Positions 36,663-47,387 are shown, counted from the first letter of the stretch. The stretch is DNA of 64,000 nucleotides from Spirochaetota bacterium (GCA_016934935.1 JAFGRW010000050.1:811-64810); one strand, 5' to 3'. Notes: a model not told the origin generated them from the sequence alone. Made by a program: numbers and translations.

Positions 36663-37688
36663 ATGAGTGTTGTTAAAGCCGACCTTGACTGGTCAAATTT
36701 GCCTTTTACGTATGTAAAAACCGATAAAAATGTGAGATATCACTATAAAGACGGCAGCTGGGGTGCTCCGGAAATATGTGAAGAAGACATGTTGTCTATT
36801 AATATTGCCGCGCCGGCGCTTCATTATGGGCAGCAGGGGTTTGAGGGACTCAAGGCTTTTGAAACCAGAGACGGCAGAGTTGTCTGTTTTCGACCGGATG
36901 AGAACGCTAAACGGATGAACCGGACAAACAGTCGTATAAATATGCCGGAGATTCCGGAAGAGATATTTATTTCTGCTGTAGAGACCGTAATACGGGAAAA
37001 TATACGATTTGTTCCACCATATGGAACAGGAGCCAGTCTCTATTTGCGCCCGCTAATGATTGGTGTCGGACCCAAAGTAGGCCTTGGCCCGGCAGATGAA
37101 TATATATTTCTGGTTTTTGCCACACCGGTAGGTCCTTATTACAAGGGAGGCTTTAAACCTGTAGATGCCGTTATTGTAGAAGGTTTTGACAGAGCTGCTC
37201 CGCATGGAGTTGGTGATTGTAAAGTCGGAGGAAATTACGCGGCTGGACTTCCCGGCAGCAAGTTTGTGAAGGAGCAGGGATGTGCGGTAGGGCTTTATCT
37301 TGATCCACAACATAACAGATATATCGACGAGTTCAGTACATCTAATTTCATTGGTATCAAAGACTCTTCTTATATTACTCCAAAATCACCAAGTATTTTA
37401 CCCAGCATTACAAACAAGAGTCTTGCAACAATTGCGCAAGATATGGGAATGCTCGTCGAGAGTCGACAGGTCGAGATCGGTGAAGTCGAAGGTTTCGATG
37501 AAGTAGGTGCAGTTGGGACCGCAGCGGTTATAACTCCTGTACATAGTATAAAGTATGGAGATAAGATTTTAACTTTTGGAGAAAAAGATAGTGCCGGACC
37601 TGTTTTGACAAAACTTTACGAAACCTTGACAAAGATACAGACAGGTGAGGTCGAGGATAAACATCGTTGGCTTTTAGAGATATTATAA
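36663..37688 (+). CDS. ilvE: Branched-chain amino acid aminotransferase
   Basis: 341-aa class IV aminotransferase pattern (YGQQGFEGLKAF, CKVGGNYAA). SD aggaga. Confidence 0.85.
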   Translation: MSVVKADLDWSNLPFTYVKTDKNVRYHYKDGSWGAPEICEEDMLSINIAAPALHYGQQGFEGLKAFETRDGRVVCFRPDENAKRMNRTNSRINMPEIPEEIFISAVETVIRENIRFVPPYGTGASLYLRPLMIGVGPKVGLGPADEYIFLVFATPVGPYYKGGFKPVDAVIVEGFDRAAPHGVGDCKVGGNYAAGLPGSKFVKEQGCAVGLYLDPQHNRYIDEFSTSNFIGIKDSSYITPKSPSILPSITNKSLATIAQDMGMLVESRQVEIGEVEGFDEVGAVGTAAVITPVHSIKYGDKILTFGEKDSAGPVLTKLYETLTKIQTGEVEDKHRWLLEIL

Positions 37689-37709
37689 TTATAAATAAGG
37701 AATTTAGAA

Positions 37710-39419
37710 ATGCGTTTATCACAGTATATATTACCTACACAAAAAGAGGATCCGTCTGACGCGCAGGTTTCCAGTCATAGACTTATGATTCGAGCAGGGC
37801 TTATTCGCAAAGAGGCAGCAGGTATGTACGCGTATCTTCCTGCTGGGTTAAGGGCATTGCGCAAAGTTACAGCAATTGTCAAAGAAGAGATGGATAAGGC
37901 CGGAGCGATGGAGTGTTTAATGCCCGAGCTTACAAGTGCAGATTTATGGAAAGAGTCTGGACGTTGGGAAAGCATGGGGCCTGAGATGTTTCGTATAAGA
38001 GATCGAAATTCAATGGAATACGCTTTGGGACCCACACACGAGGAGGCTTTTACGGCGCTGGTACGGTCGGTTGTTTCTTCGTATAAGGATCTGCCCGTTA
38101 ATGTTTATCAGATAAATACCAAGTTTCGTGACGAGATACGTCCCCGTTTCGGAGTTATACGTAGTAAAGAGTTTATAATGAAAGATGCTTATTCTTTTGA
38201 TGTAGATCAAAATGGATTAGATCTGTCTTATGATAAGATGGCATCGGCTTATAGAGCCATATTTGATCGTTGCGGGCTTGAGACAATTCCTGTTCAGGCT
38301 GATAGCGGAACCATGGGAGGTTCGGCTTCGGAAGAGTTCATGGTCGCTTCAGAAGTTGGCGAAGAGACTCTATTGATATGTCGAGAATGTGGATATAGTG
38401 CGAATCAGGAAAAGGCCGGTTTTAAACGTGAAGATAATGTTGCAGGTGAAGTTGCAGAGCTAAGGGAAGTCCACACTCCGAATATTAAGACAATAGATGA
38501 TTTGGCTGCTTTTTTTAAATGTGAAAAAAAAGTTTTTTTGAAAACCATAGTTTTTGTTGCTGATGGAGAAGCTGTTGTAGCGGTTGTAACCGGAGATCGC
38601 GACATTAACGAAACAAAGTTAAAAAGCTTTTTAGGTGCAGCCGAGCTTGAACAGGCTGATGATAAAACTGTAGAGTCTGTAACAGGTAGCGCTGTCGGTT
38701 TTGCGGGGCCTGTTAATTGCGATGCGAAACGTATTGTGTTTGATTACGGTGTTGCTCAGGTTCAAGGGGCGATTACCGGTGCGAATAAAACAGATTATCA
38801 TTTTGCGGGAGTACACCCGGGGCGGGACTTTGTGATCAGTGAAGAGGCAGATATTGTTGAGGCTATCGATGGAGATCTTTGCCCTGAATGTGGTAAGCCC
38901 ATGATTACACGTAAAGGTATCGAGGTTGGGCACATATTTAAACTTGGTAAAAAATATACGGAATCAATGAAAGTTAACGTTCTTGATAATAACGGTAAGG
39001 CTGTTGTACCTTTGATGGGGTGTTACGGAATCGGAGTGACTCGAACTTTGGCTGCGGTAATAGAACAGCATCATGATGAGAAGGGATTAATATGGCCAAA
39101 AGCAGTTGCTCCTTTTGATGTTCACCTGGTGGGCATCGGGAAGAGTGAAGGCGAGAAAGCTGCTATTGATGAAGTTTACACTGCTCTTTTATCTGACGGA
39201 CTTGAAGTATTATATGACGACAGAAAATTAAGTCCGGGAGTTAAGTTTGCTGATGCTGATCTTCTGGGTTTGCCTGTAAGGATAACATGCGGAAAGTCAT
39301 ATTTTCAGGATGGTGAGCTGGAGATAAAAATCAGAAAAACAGGGGAGCAGTTGACCGTAAAACCGGATGTTCTTGCAAAAAAAATCAGGGAGATAATTGC
39401 AGGGCTTGACCGGGAATAG
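37710..39419 (+). CDS. proS: Prolyl-tRNA synthetase (bacterial type with editing insertion)
   Basis: MRLSQYILPTQKE...SHRLMIRAGLIRK, class II motifs, 569 aa. Confidence 0.92.
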   Translation: MRLSQYILPTQKEDPSDAQVSSHRLMIRAGLIRKEAAGMYAYLPAGLRALRKVTAIVKEEMDKAGAMECLMPELTSADLWKESGRWESMGPEMFRIRDRNSMEYALGPTHEEAFTALVRSVVSSYKDLPVNVYQINTKFRDEIRPRFGVIRSKEFIMKDAYSFDVDQNGLDLSYDKMASAYRAIFDRCGLETIPVQADSGTMGGSASEEFMVASEVGEETLLICRECGYSANQEKAGFKREDNVAGEVAELREVHTPNIKTIDDLAAFFKCEKKVFLKTIVFVADGEAVVAVVTGDRDINETKLKSFLGAAELEQADDKTVESVTGSAVGFAGPVNCDAKRIVFDYGVAQVQGAITGANKTDYHFAGVHPGRDFVISEEADIVEAIDGDLCPECGKPMITRKGIEVGHIFKLGKKYTESMKVNVLDNNGKAVVPLMGCYGIGVTRTLAAVIEQHHDEKGLIWPKAVAPFDVHLVGIGKSEGEKAAIDEVYTALLSDGLEVLYDDRKLSPGVKFADADLLGLPVRITCGKSYFQDGELEIKIRKTGEQLTVKPDVLAKKIREIIAGLDRE

Positions 39420-39540
39420 AGGTACGGGCATTGCGTGTCTGGTTTATCATAATTAAATTTACATTTTTTTAAGTATACTGCTAGAATTTAAAAGCTATAT
39501 GCTTGACTAAAATATGCCGTTTTTATAGTTGTTAACTGAT

Positions 39541-39613
39541 GGGGATGTAGCTCAGCTGGGAGAGCACCACAATGGCATTGTGGGGGTCGCGTGTTCGATC
39601 CACGTCATCTCCA
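39541..39613 (+). tRNA. tRNA-Ala (anticodon GGC)
   Basis: Hand-folded cloverleaf: GGGGATG acceptor stem with G3:U70, D arm GCTC/GAGC, anticodon stem CCACA/TGTGG with loop ATGGCAT, and T arm with TTCGATC. No encoded CCA. Confidence 0.9.
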
Positions 39614-39630
39614 AAAATTACAATATTACA

Positions 39631-39664
39631 AAAAAGGGCTCTGCGATATCGCTGAGCCCTTTTT
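39631..39664. terminator. Bidirectional rho-independent terminator between tRNA-Ala and adhE
   Basis: AAAAAGGGCTC-tGCGATATCGCt-GAGCCCTTTTT. Confidence 0.8.
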
Positions 39665-39692
39665 GATGTGAAATTATAATTCTCTGTGTTGA

Positions 39693-42329
39693 CTATTTTA
39701 CTTGTGATTTGTCGTAAAAAGCTGTTTTGTACATATCCTTGATCTCTTCTATCAACGGATAACGCGGATTTGCGCCTGTACACTGATCATCATACGCTTT
39801 TTCGGCCATATCGTCAAGGGTCTTCAGAAATTCGCTTTCGTCTACACCTGCTTCGTTTATACAACCAGGAATTCTGATCTGTTTCTTCAGCTCGTCAATT
39901 TTGTCTATCAGCTTTTTTACCTTGTTTTCAACACTGTTTCCGCCAAGTCCAAGATAATCTGAAAGTCTTGCGTATCTTTCGGCAGCTTCGTGAACCTCGT
40001 ACTGCGGAAAGGTTCCCTGTTTATTCGGTACAGAAACACTGTTAAAACGAATTACTTCGTTTATCAAAAGCGCGTTGGCTAAACCATGAGGAAGCTTGTG
40101 AAAAGAGCCCAATTTGTGCGCCATGGAGTGACAAACACCAAGAAACGCGTTTGAGAAAGCCATACCTGCCATATTGGCAGCATGGTGAACCTTTTCTCGA
40201 GCCTTCATGTCGTTTCCATTATCATAGGCTTTTGGTAAATATTCAAAAATAAGTCGAGCTGCTTCCATTGCCATTGGGGTTGTGTATTCTGTTGCCAGAA
40301 CACTGACTATTGCCTCAAGGGCATGTGTCAGCGCGTCTATGCCGGAGAAAGCGGTAAGGCCTTTGGGCATATCTCTTACAAGGTCGGCATCTACAATAGC
40401 CATGTTAGGTGTCAGGGCGTAATCGGCTATCGGGTACTTAACTCCTTTCTTCTCATCCGTAATAACGGCAAAAGGAGTGACCTCTGAACCGGTTCCGCTT
40501 GTTGTCGGTATGGCGACAAAGATAGCCTTTTGTCCCATTTCCGGAAATGTAAAAACTCTTTTTCTAATATCCATAAAACGCATTGACATGGATTCAAAAT
40601 CAGTTTCTGGATGCTCATATACAAGCCACATTATTTTCGCTGCATCCATTGGTGAGCCGCCTCCCATGGCAATAATTACGTCCGGGTCGAACATGCTCAT
40701 CTTCTTTGCACCTTCCAAGGCCGTTTCGACAGTCGGATCGGGTTTTACATCAGAGAAAACAGAGTATGCTATTCCCATAGTGTTTAGTTTTTCAGTTAAA
40801 CCGTTAAGGTAGCCGTTCTTATACAGAAAATCATCTGTAACAATAAAAGCACGTTTTTTGCCGGCAAGATCGTCCAGTGCGTAATTTAATGAGCCGGCCT
40901 TGAAATATATTTTTTCCGGCAGCCTGAACCAGAGCATGTTTTCTTTTCGGCGTGCAACTGATTTGATGTTTATAAGATGTTCCGGTGTAACATTCTGGCT
41001 AATGCTGTTGCCACCCCAGCTTCCGCAGCCAAGCGTCAGGGAAGGGTCAAGAGCGAAATTGTATAAATCTCCAATCGCGCCCTGGCTTGACGGCATATTT
41101 ATCAGAGTTCTGCCCGTTTTCATGCGCTGTCCAAAAGCTTCAATTTTTTGTGCTTCGTTGGTATCAACATACAGAACGCTTGTATGACCAAGACCGCCAA
41201 AGTGAATAAGAGCGTCGGCTTTGCTCAGGGCGTCATTAAAGTCGGAAGCCTTGTACAGCCCGAGTACCGGTGAAAGCTTTTCGTATGCAAACGGCTCATT
41301 ATGATCTATCGCCTCGGCTTCGCCGATAAGAACTTTTGTTTTTTTATCTACTTGAATTCCGGCAATTTCTGCAATAGTATATGCGCTCTGGCCGACAATT
41401 TTTGCGTTAAGACGACCATCAATAATTATTGTACTTGCGACAAGATTTCGCTCTTTTTTGTTTAAAATGCAGGCTCCTTGTTTTGTGAGCTCTTTCTTGA
41501 AATCATCGTATATTGTTTCATGTACAACAATGGCCTGCTCGGAAGCACATATTACTCCATTATCAAATGTTTTGCTGATAAGAATTGATGCGACAGCCAT
41601 TGGTATATCAGCTGTTTCGTCAATAATTACTGGAGTGTTTCCTGAGCCCACTCCTATAGCGGGTTTCCCAGATGAGTAGGCCGCTTTAACCATGCCTGGA
41701 CCGCCAGTGGCAAGAATAGTGTTTATTTCAGAGTCAGTCATCAGTTGGTTTGACATTTCGACAGTTGGATCTTCAATCCAGCCGATTATACCATCAGGAG
41801 CACCTGCTTTTACTGCAGCATTAAGTACAATTTTTGCGGCTTCAATTGTACATCTTTTAGCCCTGGGGTGTGGTGAAAAAATTATACCGTTACGTGTTTT
41901 TAGAGCCATAAGAGCTTTGTATATTGCAGTTGATGTCGGATTTGTTGTTGGAATAATTCCTGCAATCAGGCCTAAAGGTTCAGCTACTTTTGTTATGCCT
42001 TGTATCGGATCGTCTTCAATAATTCCGCATGTCTTTAAGTTTTTAAATTTATTGTAAATATATTCTGAAGCAAAATGATTTTTGATCACCTTGTCCTCTA
42101 CAATACCCATTCCGGTTTCAGCCACAGCCATTTTGGCTAGTTCCAGTCTTTTTGCGTTTGCTGCCATAGCTGCTGAGTAAAAAATATGGTCGACCTGTTG
42201 TTGTGTAAATTCTGAGTATTGCTGCTGAGCAGTTTTTACTGTTTTAATGATTTTATTGACTGATGCAGTATCACTGTTTGTTTCTGTCATGATTTTTTTT
42301 TCGGTTAATGTTTTCATATGTGCCTCCAT
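39693..42329 (-). CDS. adhE: Bifunctional acetaldehyde-CoA/alcohol dehydrogenase
   Basis: About 875 aa, with an N-terminal ALDH domain and a C-terminal Fe-ADH domain (GGGSPMDAAK). The start overlaps the rex stop (TAATG); ATG 42317 is an alternative start. Confidence 0.92.
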   Translation of the reverse strand: MEAHMKTLTEKKIMTETNSDTASVNKIIKTVKTAQQQYSEFTQQQVDHIFYSAAMAANAKRLELAKMAVAETGMGIVEDKVIKNHFASEYIYNKFKNLKTCGIIEDDPIQGITKVAEPLGLIAGIIPTTNPTSTAIYKALMALKTRNGIIFSPHPRAKRCTIEAAKIVLNAAVKAGAPDGIIGWIEDPTVEMSNQLMTDSEINTILATGGPGMVKAAYSSGKPAIGVGSGNTPVIIDETADIPMAVASILISKTFDNGVICASEQAIVVHETIYDDFKKELTKQGACILNKKERNLVASTIIIDGRLNAKIVGQSAYTIAEIAGIQVDKKTKVLIGEAEAIDHNEPFAYEKLSPVLGLYKASDFNDALSKADALIHFGGLGHTSVLYVDTNEAQKIEAFGQRMKTGRTLINMPSSQGAIGDLYNFALDPSLTLGCGSWGGNSISQNVTPEHLINIKSVARRKENMLWFRLPEKIYFKAGSLNYALDDLAGKKRAFIVTDDFLYKNGYLNGLTEKLNTMGIAYSVFSDVKPDPTVETALEGAKKMSMFDPDVIIAMGGGSPMDAAKIMWLVYEHPETDFESMSMRFMDIRKRVFTFPEMGQKAIFVAIPTTSGTGSEVTPFAVITDEKKGVKYPIADYALTPNMAIVDADLVRDMPKGLTAFSGIDALTHALEAIVSVLATEYTTPMAMEAARLIFEYLPKAYDNGNDMKAREKVHHAANMAGMAFSNAFLGVCHSMAHKLGSFHKLPHGLANALLINEVIRFNSVSVPNKQGTFPQYEVHEAAERYARLSDYLGLGGNSVENKVKKLIDKIDELKKQIRIPGCINEAGVDESEFLKTLDDMAEKAYDDQCTGANPRYPLIEEIKDMYKTAFYDKSQVK

Positions 42330-42964
42330 TACTGTTTGGTTTTGAACTTATGTGAAAGCTTTACAGAGAGTAAAGCAAGACTGGCCGACAGGTTTTCCCG
42401 CTGAACAACTATATCATCGGGAACCTTGAGATTTTCCGATGAGAAATTCCATATTCCTTTAATACCGGCTTTTACCATTAGATCTGTTATCTGCTGCGCC
42501 GAACTCTGGTTTACAGTCAGAATCCCTATAGACACTTTCAGTAGTTTGACCTGTGATTCAAAATCATCTATGTGCAGAATCTTTTTGCCGTGGATTTTTT
42601 TCCCTACTATTTTTTTATTAACATCAAATCCTGAAATGATATTCAAACCATAATCTTCAAACCCCTTGTATCCTAGTAGTGCAGATCCTAAAGCACCAAC
42701 TCCGACGAGAATGGCATCATTTGTGTTTTGCCATCCAAGAAAAGAGGTTATGACTTTTTCCAATTCTTTAATATTATATCCAATTTTAGGTTTGCCGATG
42801 ATTCCTGTGTAACCTATATCTTTGCGCACTTGAATATTTGTAAAACCAAGATTTTGTGCAATATCTGTCGCAGATATGGTTTTAATACCTGCTAATTGCA
42901 GTTGCTTTATAACTTCAAGATACAAAGGAAATCGTTGTATTGTCGGATATGGTACTGGTTTCAT
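42329..42964 (-). CDS. rex: Redox-sensing transcriptional repressor Rex
   Basis: N-terminal winged helix (TIQRFPLYL...ISATDIA), Rossmann motif VGVGALGSALL, 211 aa. SD aaaggag. Confidence 0.9.
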   Translation of the reverse strand: MKPVPYPTIQRFPLYLEVIKQLQLAGIKTISATDIAQNLGFTNIQVRKDIGYTGIIGKPKIGYNIKELEKVITSFLGWQNTNDAILVGVGALGSALLGYKGFEDYGLNIISGFDVNKKIVGKKIHGKKILHIDDFESQVKLLKVSIGILTVNQSSAQQITDLMVKAGIKGIWNFSSENLKVPDDIVVQRENLSASLALLSVKLSHKFKTKQ

Positions 42965-43039
42965 TGTTGCTCCTTTAATCGATAAATATATATCGTTATA
43001 AATATATCGATATATATTTATCTAAAAGTTGTCAATAGA

Positions 43040-43079
43040 TTTGCACTTTTTTGTGAATAAAATCACAAAAAAGTGCAAA
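43040..43079. promoter_or_regulatory. Rex operator-like site inside a 17-bp perfect inverted repeat, upstream of rex-adhE
   Basis: The core TTGTGAATAAAATCACAA (43051-43068) matches the Rex box TTGTGAAnnnnTTCACAA with one mismatch. It abuts a perfect -35 TTGACA on the minus strand (43030-43035). Confidence 0.65.
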
Positions 43080-43249
43080 CCGTCCAGACGGTGAATAATC
43101 TAATGAGGAAGTTGTTTAATCCTGATTTAAGCCTGTTCTGCTAGAAAAGTATTTTGATTAATATTTTTAAAATTCAGACTGTATATATATAAAAATATAT
43201 AGAGAAGAACTAAGGATTTTATGAGATTCTAAGAGTTATTAGTTTGTCG

Positions 43250-43286
43250 AAAAAACCATGAAGTGACTTTTAAAACCACTTCATGG
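43250..43286 (-). terminator. Rho-independent terminator downstream of rtcB
   Basis: On the minus strand: CCATGAAGTG-loop-CACTTCATGG followed by TTTTTT. Confidence 0.7.
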
Positions 43287-43459
43287 GTAGATTAATTATT
43301 ACTTTAATAGCTCAAACTTTTCACCTTTAAAAACAAGAGTTGGGTTGCCTCTTATTAAATAATTGTGATATGACCATTGCTGGTTTTTTTCCTGCTTATC
43401 AATATTTTTAATTTTTTGTTGAAAAGCTTTATGAAAACGTTTGAGCGCTTTCTCTTTAT

Positions 43460-44488
43460 TCAGTTTTTGAGAACGTACTTCTGCAGCAGCTCGGCTTTTT
43501 CCATATCACCGATAACTTCAGTTATCTTTTTGTAAGCCTCCGGTGCTTCTTCAAAAAGAATATCACTGTTGGCTGATACTACACGACTGCCTAATTTTGT
43601 TCGTTTGATAGACTCTTTTGTATACTTGTTAAGTAACCTGTCTTTGCACTGATTTCGGTTCCATTTGCGACCAGCTCCATGAGGAAGAGAAAAACCGCTT
43701 TTTATACCTGCATTTACCGGTTTTATAATATGGCTAAAATCTCCCCTGCTTCCTGGAATGACTGAATAGTTGCAAAGCGCCGATGATGCCCCCTTGCGGT
43801 GTATGATGTATTCACAATTCTCGATGGTTAGCATTTCTACGTAGTTGTGAGTGCTTTCTATAACCGGTTTTTCTTCCAGGTTAATGCCAGAGTTATGACA
43901 GATATCTAAAGCAATATTTGCTCTGTTCTCTGAAGCTTTTATGCACGCATCATCATGATCTTTAAGATAATTGGTGCAAAGTTCGCTTCCTGTTTCAAAA
44001 CCATGATGCGCATTATGTTCGCGAAGATAGTGATTGTAAATCATATTGCCATACCCACGAGAACCGCTGTGCACAAGCAGGTAGATGCTCTTTGTATCAA
44101 TAAGAGTATCTTTCACCATTTGATCATCAATGGATTCCACGATGAGAAATTCAGCAAAGTGGTTACCTCCACCGATGGATCCAGCATTTTCATTGCCAAT
44201 ATTCTTTTCGAGTTTATCAGCAATCCTGTTTGTAGAAAATTTGCTAGACCTTATGTTTGTTTTAAAAAGTGACATTCCACAACCAATATCATTTCCTATA
44301 ATATGAGGATAGATAATATCTTTGGCAATACAGACTGCTCCTACAGGAATACCTCGCCCAGGGTGTAGATCGGGTAACCCGATCATATATTCTACTCCTT
44401 TGAGCCGGGCCAGAGCTTCCATTTGGTCTATAGCGCTTGACTCTATCCACGATGTGGAAGAGGCAATGATACTTATTTTACTGTTCAT
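43460..44488 (-). CDS. rtcB: RtcB-family RNA ligase-like protein (short, 342 aa)
   Basis: LPDLHPGRGIPVG, GGGNHFAE, HSGSRGYG and THNY motifs. Confidence 0.8.
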   Translation of the reverse strand: MNSKISIIASSTSWIESSAIDQMEALARLKGVEYMIGLPDLHPGRGIPVGAVCIAKDIIYPHIIGNDIGCGMSLFKTNIRSSKFSTNRIADKLEKNIGNENAGSIGGGNHFAEFLIVESIDDQMVKDTLIDTKSIYLLVHSGSRGYGNMIYNHYLREHNAHHGFETGSELCTNYLKDHDDACIKASENRANIALDICHNSGINLEEKPVIESTHNYVEMLTIENCEYIIHRKGASSALCNYSVIPGSRGDFSHIIKPVNAGIKSGFSLPHGAGRKWNRNQCKDRLLNKYTKESIKRTKLGSRVVSANSDILFEEAPEAYKKITEVIGDMEKAELLQKYVLKN

Positions 44489-44822
44489 TTATTAATTTCC
44501 TATTGTTTGAGAGAATATGACATATAAAAGATTATAACATACCTCGATTTTACCATTGTTAGTGCAACAAGGCGCAAGTTAAAACGATCTGTTCGAATAC
44601 AGACTTGATTAAAATTTAGATTGTAATATTGAAAGGGGAGTGCCTGAGGTAAGAAACCAAAGAGGGTAAAGCAAGAATCTTTATTTTCTTATCTTGCAGG
44701 AAGCCCTTTGTTATTTTGATTGATCATAGTAGCCTCCAGTAATGAATTAATTGTTGAATAAATATAGAGAAAAGATCAATATTGTCAAGATATAATTCTC
44801 AAATACGTTAATTCTTTTATAA

Positions 44823-47387
44823 TTACTCACATGGAAAAGTGACGATACTGATAGTACCATTATCATTGTTATCAATTGTAAAAGATCCTTGCAGTTGTTG
44901 TGATAGCATCTTTACCAGCATCAAACCAAATCCGCTGTTTCTTTCCGGGTCAAAATCTTTTGGAAGCCGGTCTCCATTATTTAGTACTGTGAGTTCTATT
45001 AGCGTTTCTTTTTTTATTAATATAACCTGAATGGTTCCGTCATTTTTTGTTTTAAAAGAATGCTTTATAGAATTAGTAACAAGTTCATTAATGATAGACC
45101 CTAAAGGGAAAAGTATTTTTGCATTCATGTTAAAATCGAAAATATCTGTTATAATTTTTATATTTTTTCTGTCGGAATAAACTTGAGTAATTGCAGATAA
45201 TAGATCTTCAAGATAAGCTTTGACCGACGTGTTTTTATAGTCACGAGATAGCAATAGTTTGTCGTAAATTATACGCATACTTTGAATTCGTCTTAGAGCA
45301 TCAGCAATAATCTCTTTTGATTCAGGGTTTTTAATTTCGGCAATCTGCAAAGATAAAACAGCTTCAATTGAGCGTATGTTATTTTTAATACGATGGTTCA
45401 CCTCTTTAAGTATAATCTCTTTTTCATTAAGTTGTCGGGTTAATTCAAGTTCTGTTTCTTTTCGGTTTGTTGCATCCCATACTGTAGATATCATTTCACT
45501 TGAATTTGGCAGGGGTATGTTCCGCGCGCAGATGTAATAGGTCTTACCGTCGCTGATAAAGGGGATATCATCCCATTGCATACGGGTTGGATCCCCTGAT
45601 GCACAGTCCATCTCTACCTGTTTTTGCAGCTTATCACGAAATTTTTTGTCTTTGTAAACAGTTTCCCAAAAGGAGTTGTTTTCAAAAAGTTTTTCACGTG
45701 TTGTATGATAAAATACAGGAAAATTATCATTCATATATGTAAATTTAACAGTTGGTGTAACGGTATTTATTGCAATACCAATTGGCAAATTGTCCATAAT
45801 TGCTTTTATATAAGCTTCGCTTTGCCGTAATGCCTCTTCATAATGCTTACGTTCAGTAATATCAAGAAAAAGTGAATATACTTGATAGGGTTTATCTTCT
45901 CCCTCTTTAAAAAGTGGAACAGAATTGACGATAATCCAAACATAGTCGTTGCGTTTCGGATTGTAAATTCCTTGAATAAAATTTTTTATAACTTTTCCGG
46001 TTTTTAAAGCGATCATAGAGGGGTGCTCTTCGCCAGACAGTTTATTCATATTCTCATCAACAGCTTGCCAGCGCGGGTCAATAGACGTAACACCTTTCAT
46101 TTGATCAATTGTTATACCAAGTATCTCTTCAGCTGCCGGGTTGGCAGAAATAATGGCTCCATTAACATCCTGATAGACAACTCCCTGGGCCATAGTTGTG
46201 AAAAGGTTGCGATACCGCTCTTCACTTAATTGTAACTGTTTATGCGATTTCCGGTTCTCGGTCGTATCATTGCAATAAGCAAGATAAATATTGTCAGATA
46301 TTTTTTGAGCGGCGACATTCCAGTAGCGATGTTCACCGTTTTTTGCTAAAAATGATACTTCTTTCTCATAAGTACCATTCTTTATAACGTTCTTGAAATG
46401 TTCATAGCCTTCTTTTTTTCTGTTTATGGGGACGATATCAAGAATAGTCATGGAAAGAAGTTCTTCACGGCTATAGCCCGTTATTTTTGAAGCCATAGGA
46501 TTAACGTCAAGATACCTTCCATCTTTATCTGAAACAAAGATTGCGTATGGAGCGTATTCTATATAGCTTTTCCATTTCAGCTCGTTAAGTTTTAGCGCTT
46601 CTTCGGTGTTTTTAACCTCGGTCAGATCACGAAACTCAACAGTTCGAACCATCTTGCCCTTGTACGGAACATTTCGTGCTTCAAGTCTCATCGGGAATAT
46701 CTCACCGTCTTTTCGACATCCCTTTGCTTCATAAGCTTGTTCGTATCCCGTTACTATTTTGTTTAATACATAATCACGGTCTTCTTCGGCAATAAGCAGA
46801 AGACCATCCATTCCGATAAGTTCATCAACTGTATATCCGGTCATCAAAGATAAACCGTTATTACAATCGATAATCACTCCTTTGTCATGTATTACTATGC
46901 CGCCAAAAGAGGCATTATGCAGTGCTTTAAAGCGTTCTTCACTTTCCTGAAGTTCTTTTTCGATTCTTTTGTGGTTTTCGATCTCCACCTGAAGCCGGCA
47001 TTTTGCTTCAAACAATTTAAACGCCATTTTGATTGATGCGTCCAGTACCACAATACCGGAATTCTTAACAACATAGCCATAAGATGTAATTTTTTCTGTT
47101 TTTTCTACAATTGATGGTTCCGTATGGGAGGAAAGAAATACAATTGGTATCTCCTTGTCTTTGACGATCTTTTCTGCTGCTTCGGTTCCATCCAGTCCGG
47201 AACCTAAGTCAATATCCATTAAAATCAGATCAAGATGTTTGTCAGTTTCGAGGGCAGTTTTAATGGCCTCAATCGCGTCGGCTACATGAATAACAGAATA
47301 GCCATATTTTTCAAGTTCACTTTTCTCTAGAGTAGCCGTTACCAGCTCGTCTTCAACAAGAAGTATATTTTTGCCTATTCTATTCAT
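44823..47387 (-). CDS. Hybrid sensor: N-terminal receiver, multiple PAS domains, and HisKA_2/HATPase_c histidine kinase
   Basis: The REC region (ILLVEDE...DLILMDIDL) is followed by repeated PAS-like segments. EVNHRIKNN H-box. C-terminal GFGLMLV. Confidence 0.8.
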   Translation of the reverse strand: MNRIGKNILLVEDELVTATLEKSELEKYGYSVIHVADAIEAIKTALETDKHLDLILMDIDLGSGLDGTEAAEKIVKDKEIPIVFLSSHTEPSIVEKTEKITSYGYVVKNSGIVVLDASIKMAFKLFEAKCRLQVEIENHKRIEKELQESEERFKALHNASFGGIVIHDKGVIIDCNNGLSLMTGYTVDELIGMDGLLLIAEEDRDYVLNKIVTGYEQAYEAKGCRKDGEIFPMRLEARNVPYKGKMVRTVEFRDLTEVKNTEEALKLNELKWKSYIEYAPYAIFVSDKDGRYLDVNPMASKITGYSREELLSMTILDIVPINRKKEGYEHFKNVIKNGTYEKEVSFLAKNGEHRYWNVAAQKISDNIYLAYCNDTTENRKSHKQLQLSEERYRNLFTTMAQGVVYQDVNGAIISANPAAEEILGITIDQMKGVTSIDPRWQAVDENMNKLSGEEHPSMIALKTGKVIKNFIQGIYNPKRNDYVWIIVNSVPLFKEGEDKPYQVYSLFLDITERKHYEEALRQSEAYIKAIMDNLPIGIAINTVTPTVKFTYMNDNFPVFYHTTREKLFENNSFWETVYKDKKFRDKLQKQVEMDCASGDPTRMQWDDIPFISDGKTYYICARNIPLPNSSEMISTVWDATNRKETELELTRQLNEKEIILKEVNHRIKNNIRSIEAVLSLQIAEIKNPESKEIIADALRRIQSMRIIYDKLLLSRDYKNTSVKAYLEDLLSAITQVYSDRKNIKIITDIFDFNMNAKILFPLGSIINELVTNSIKHSFKTKNDGTIQVILIKKETLIELTVLNNGDRLPKDFDPERNSGFGLMLVKMLSQQLQGSFTIDNNDNGTISIVTFPCE

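Noticed and set aside
39532-39783. An 83-aa minus-strand ORF.
   Set aside because: It overlaps the tRNA-Ala gene, the bidirectional terminator and the adhE 3' end, so it is spurious.
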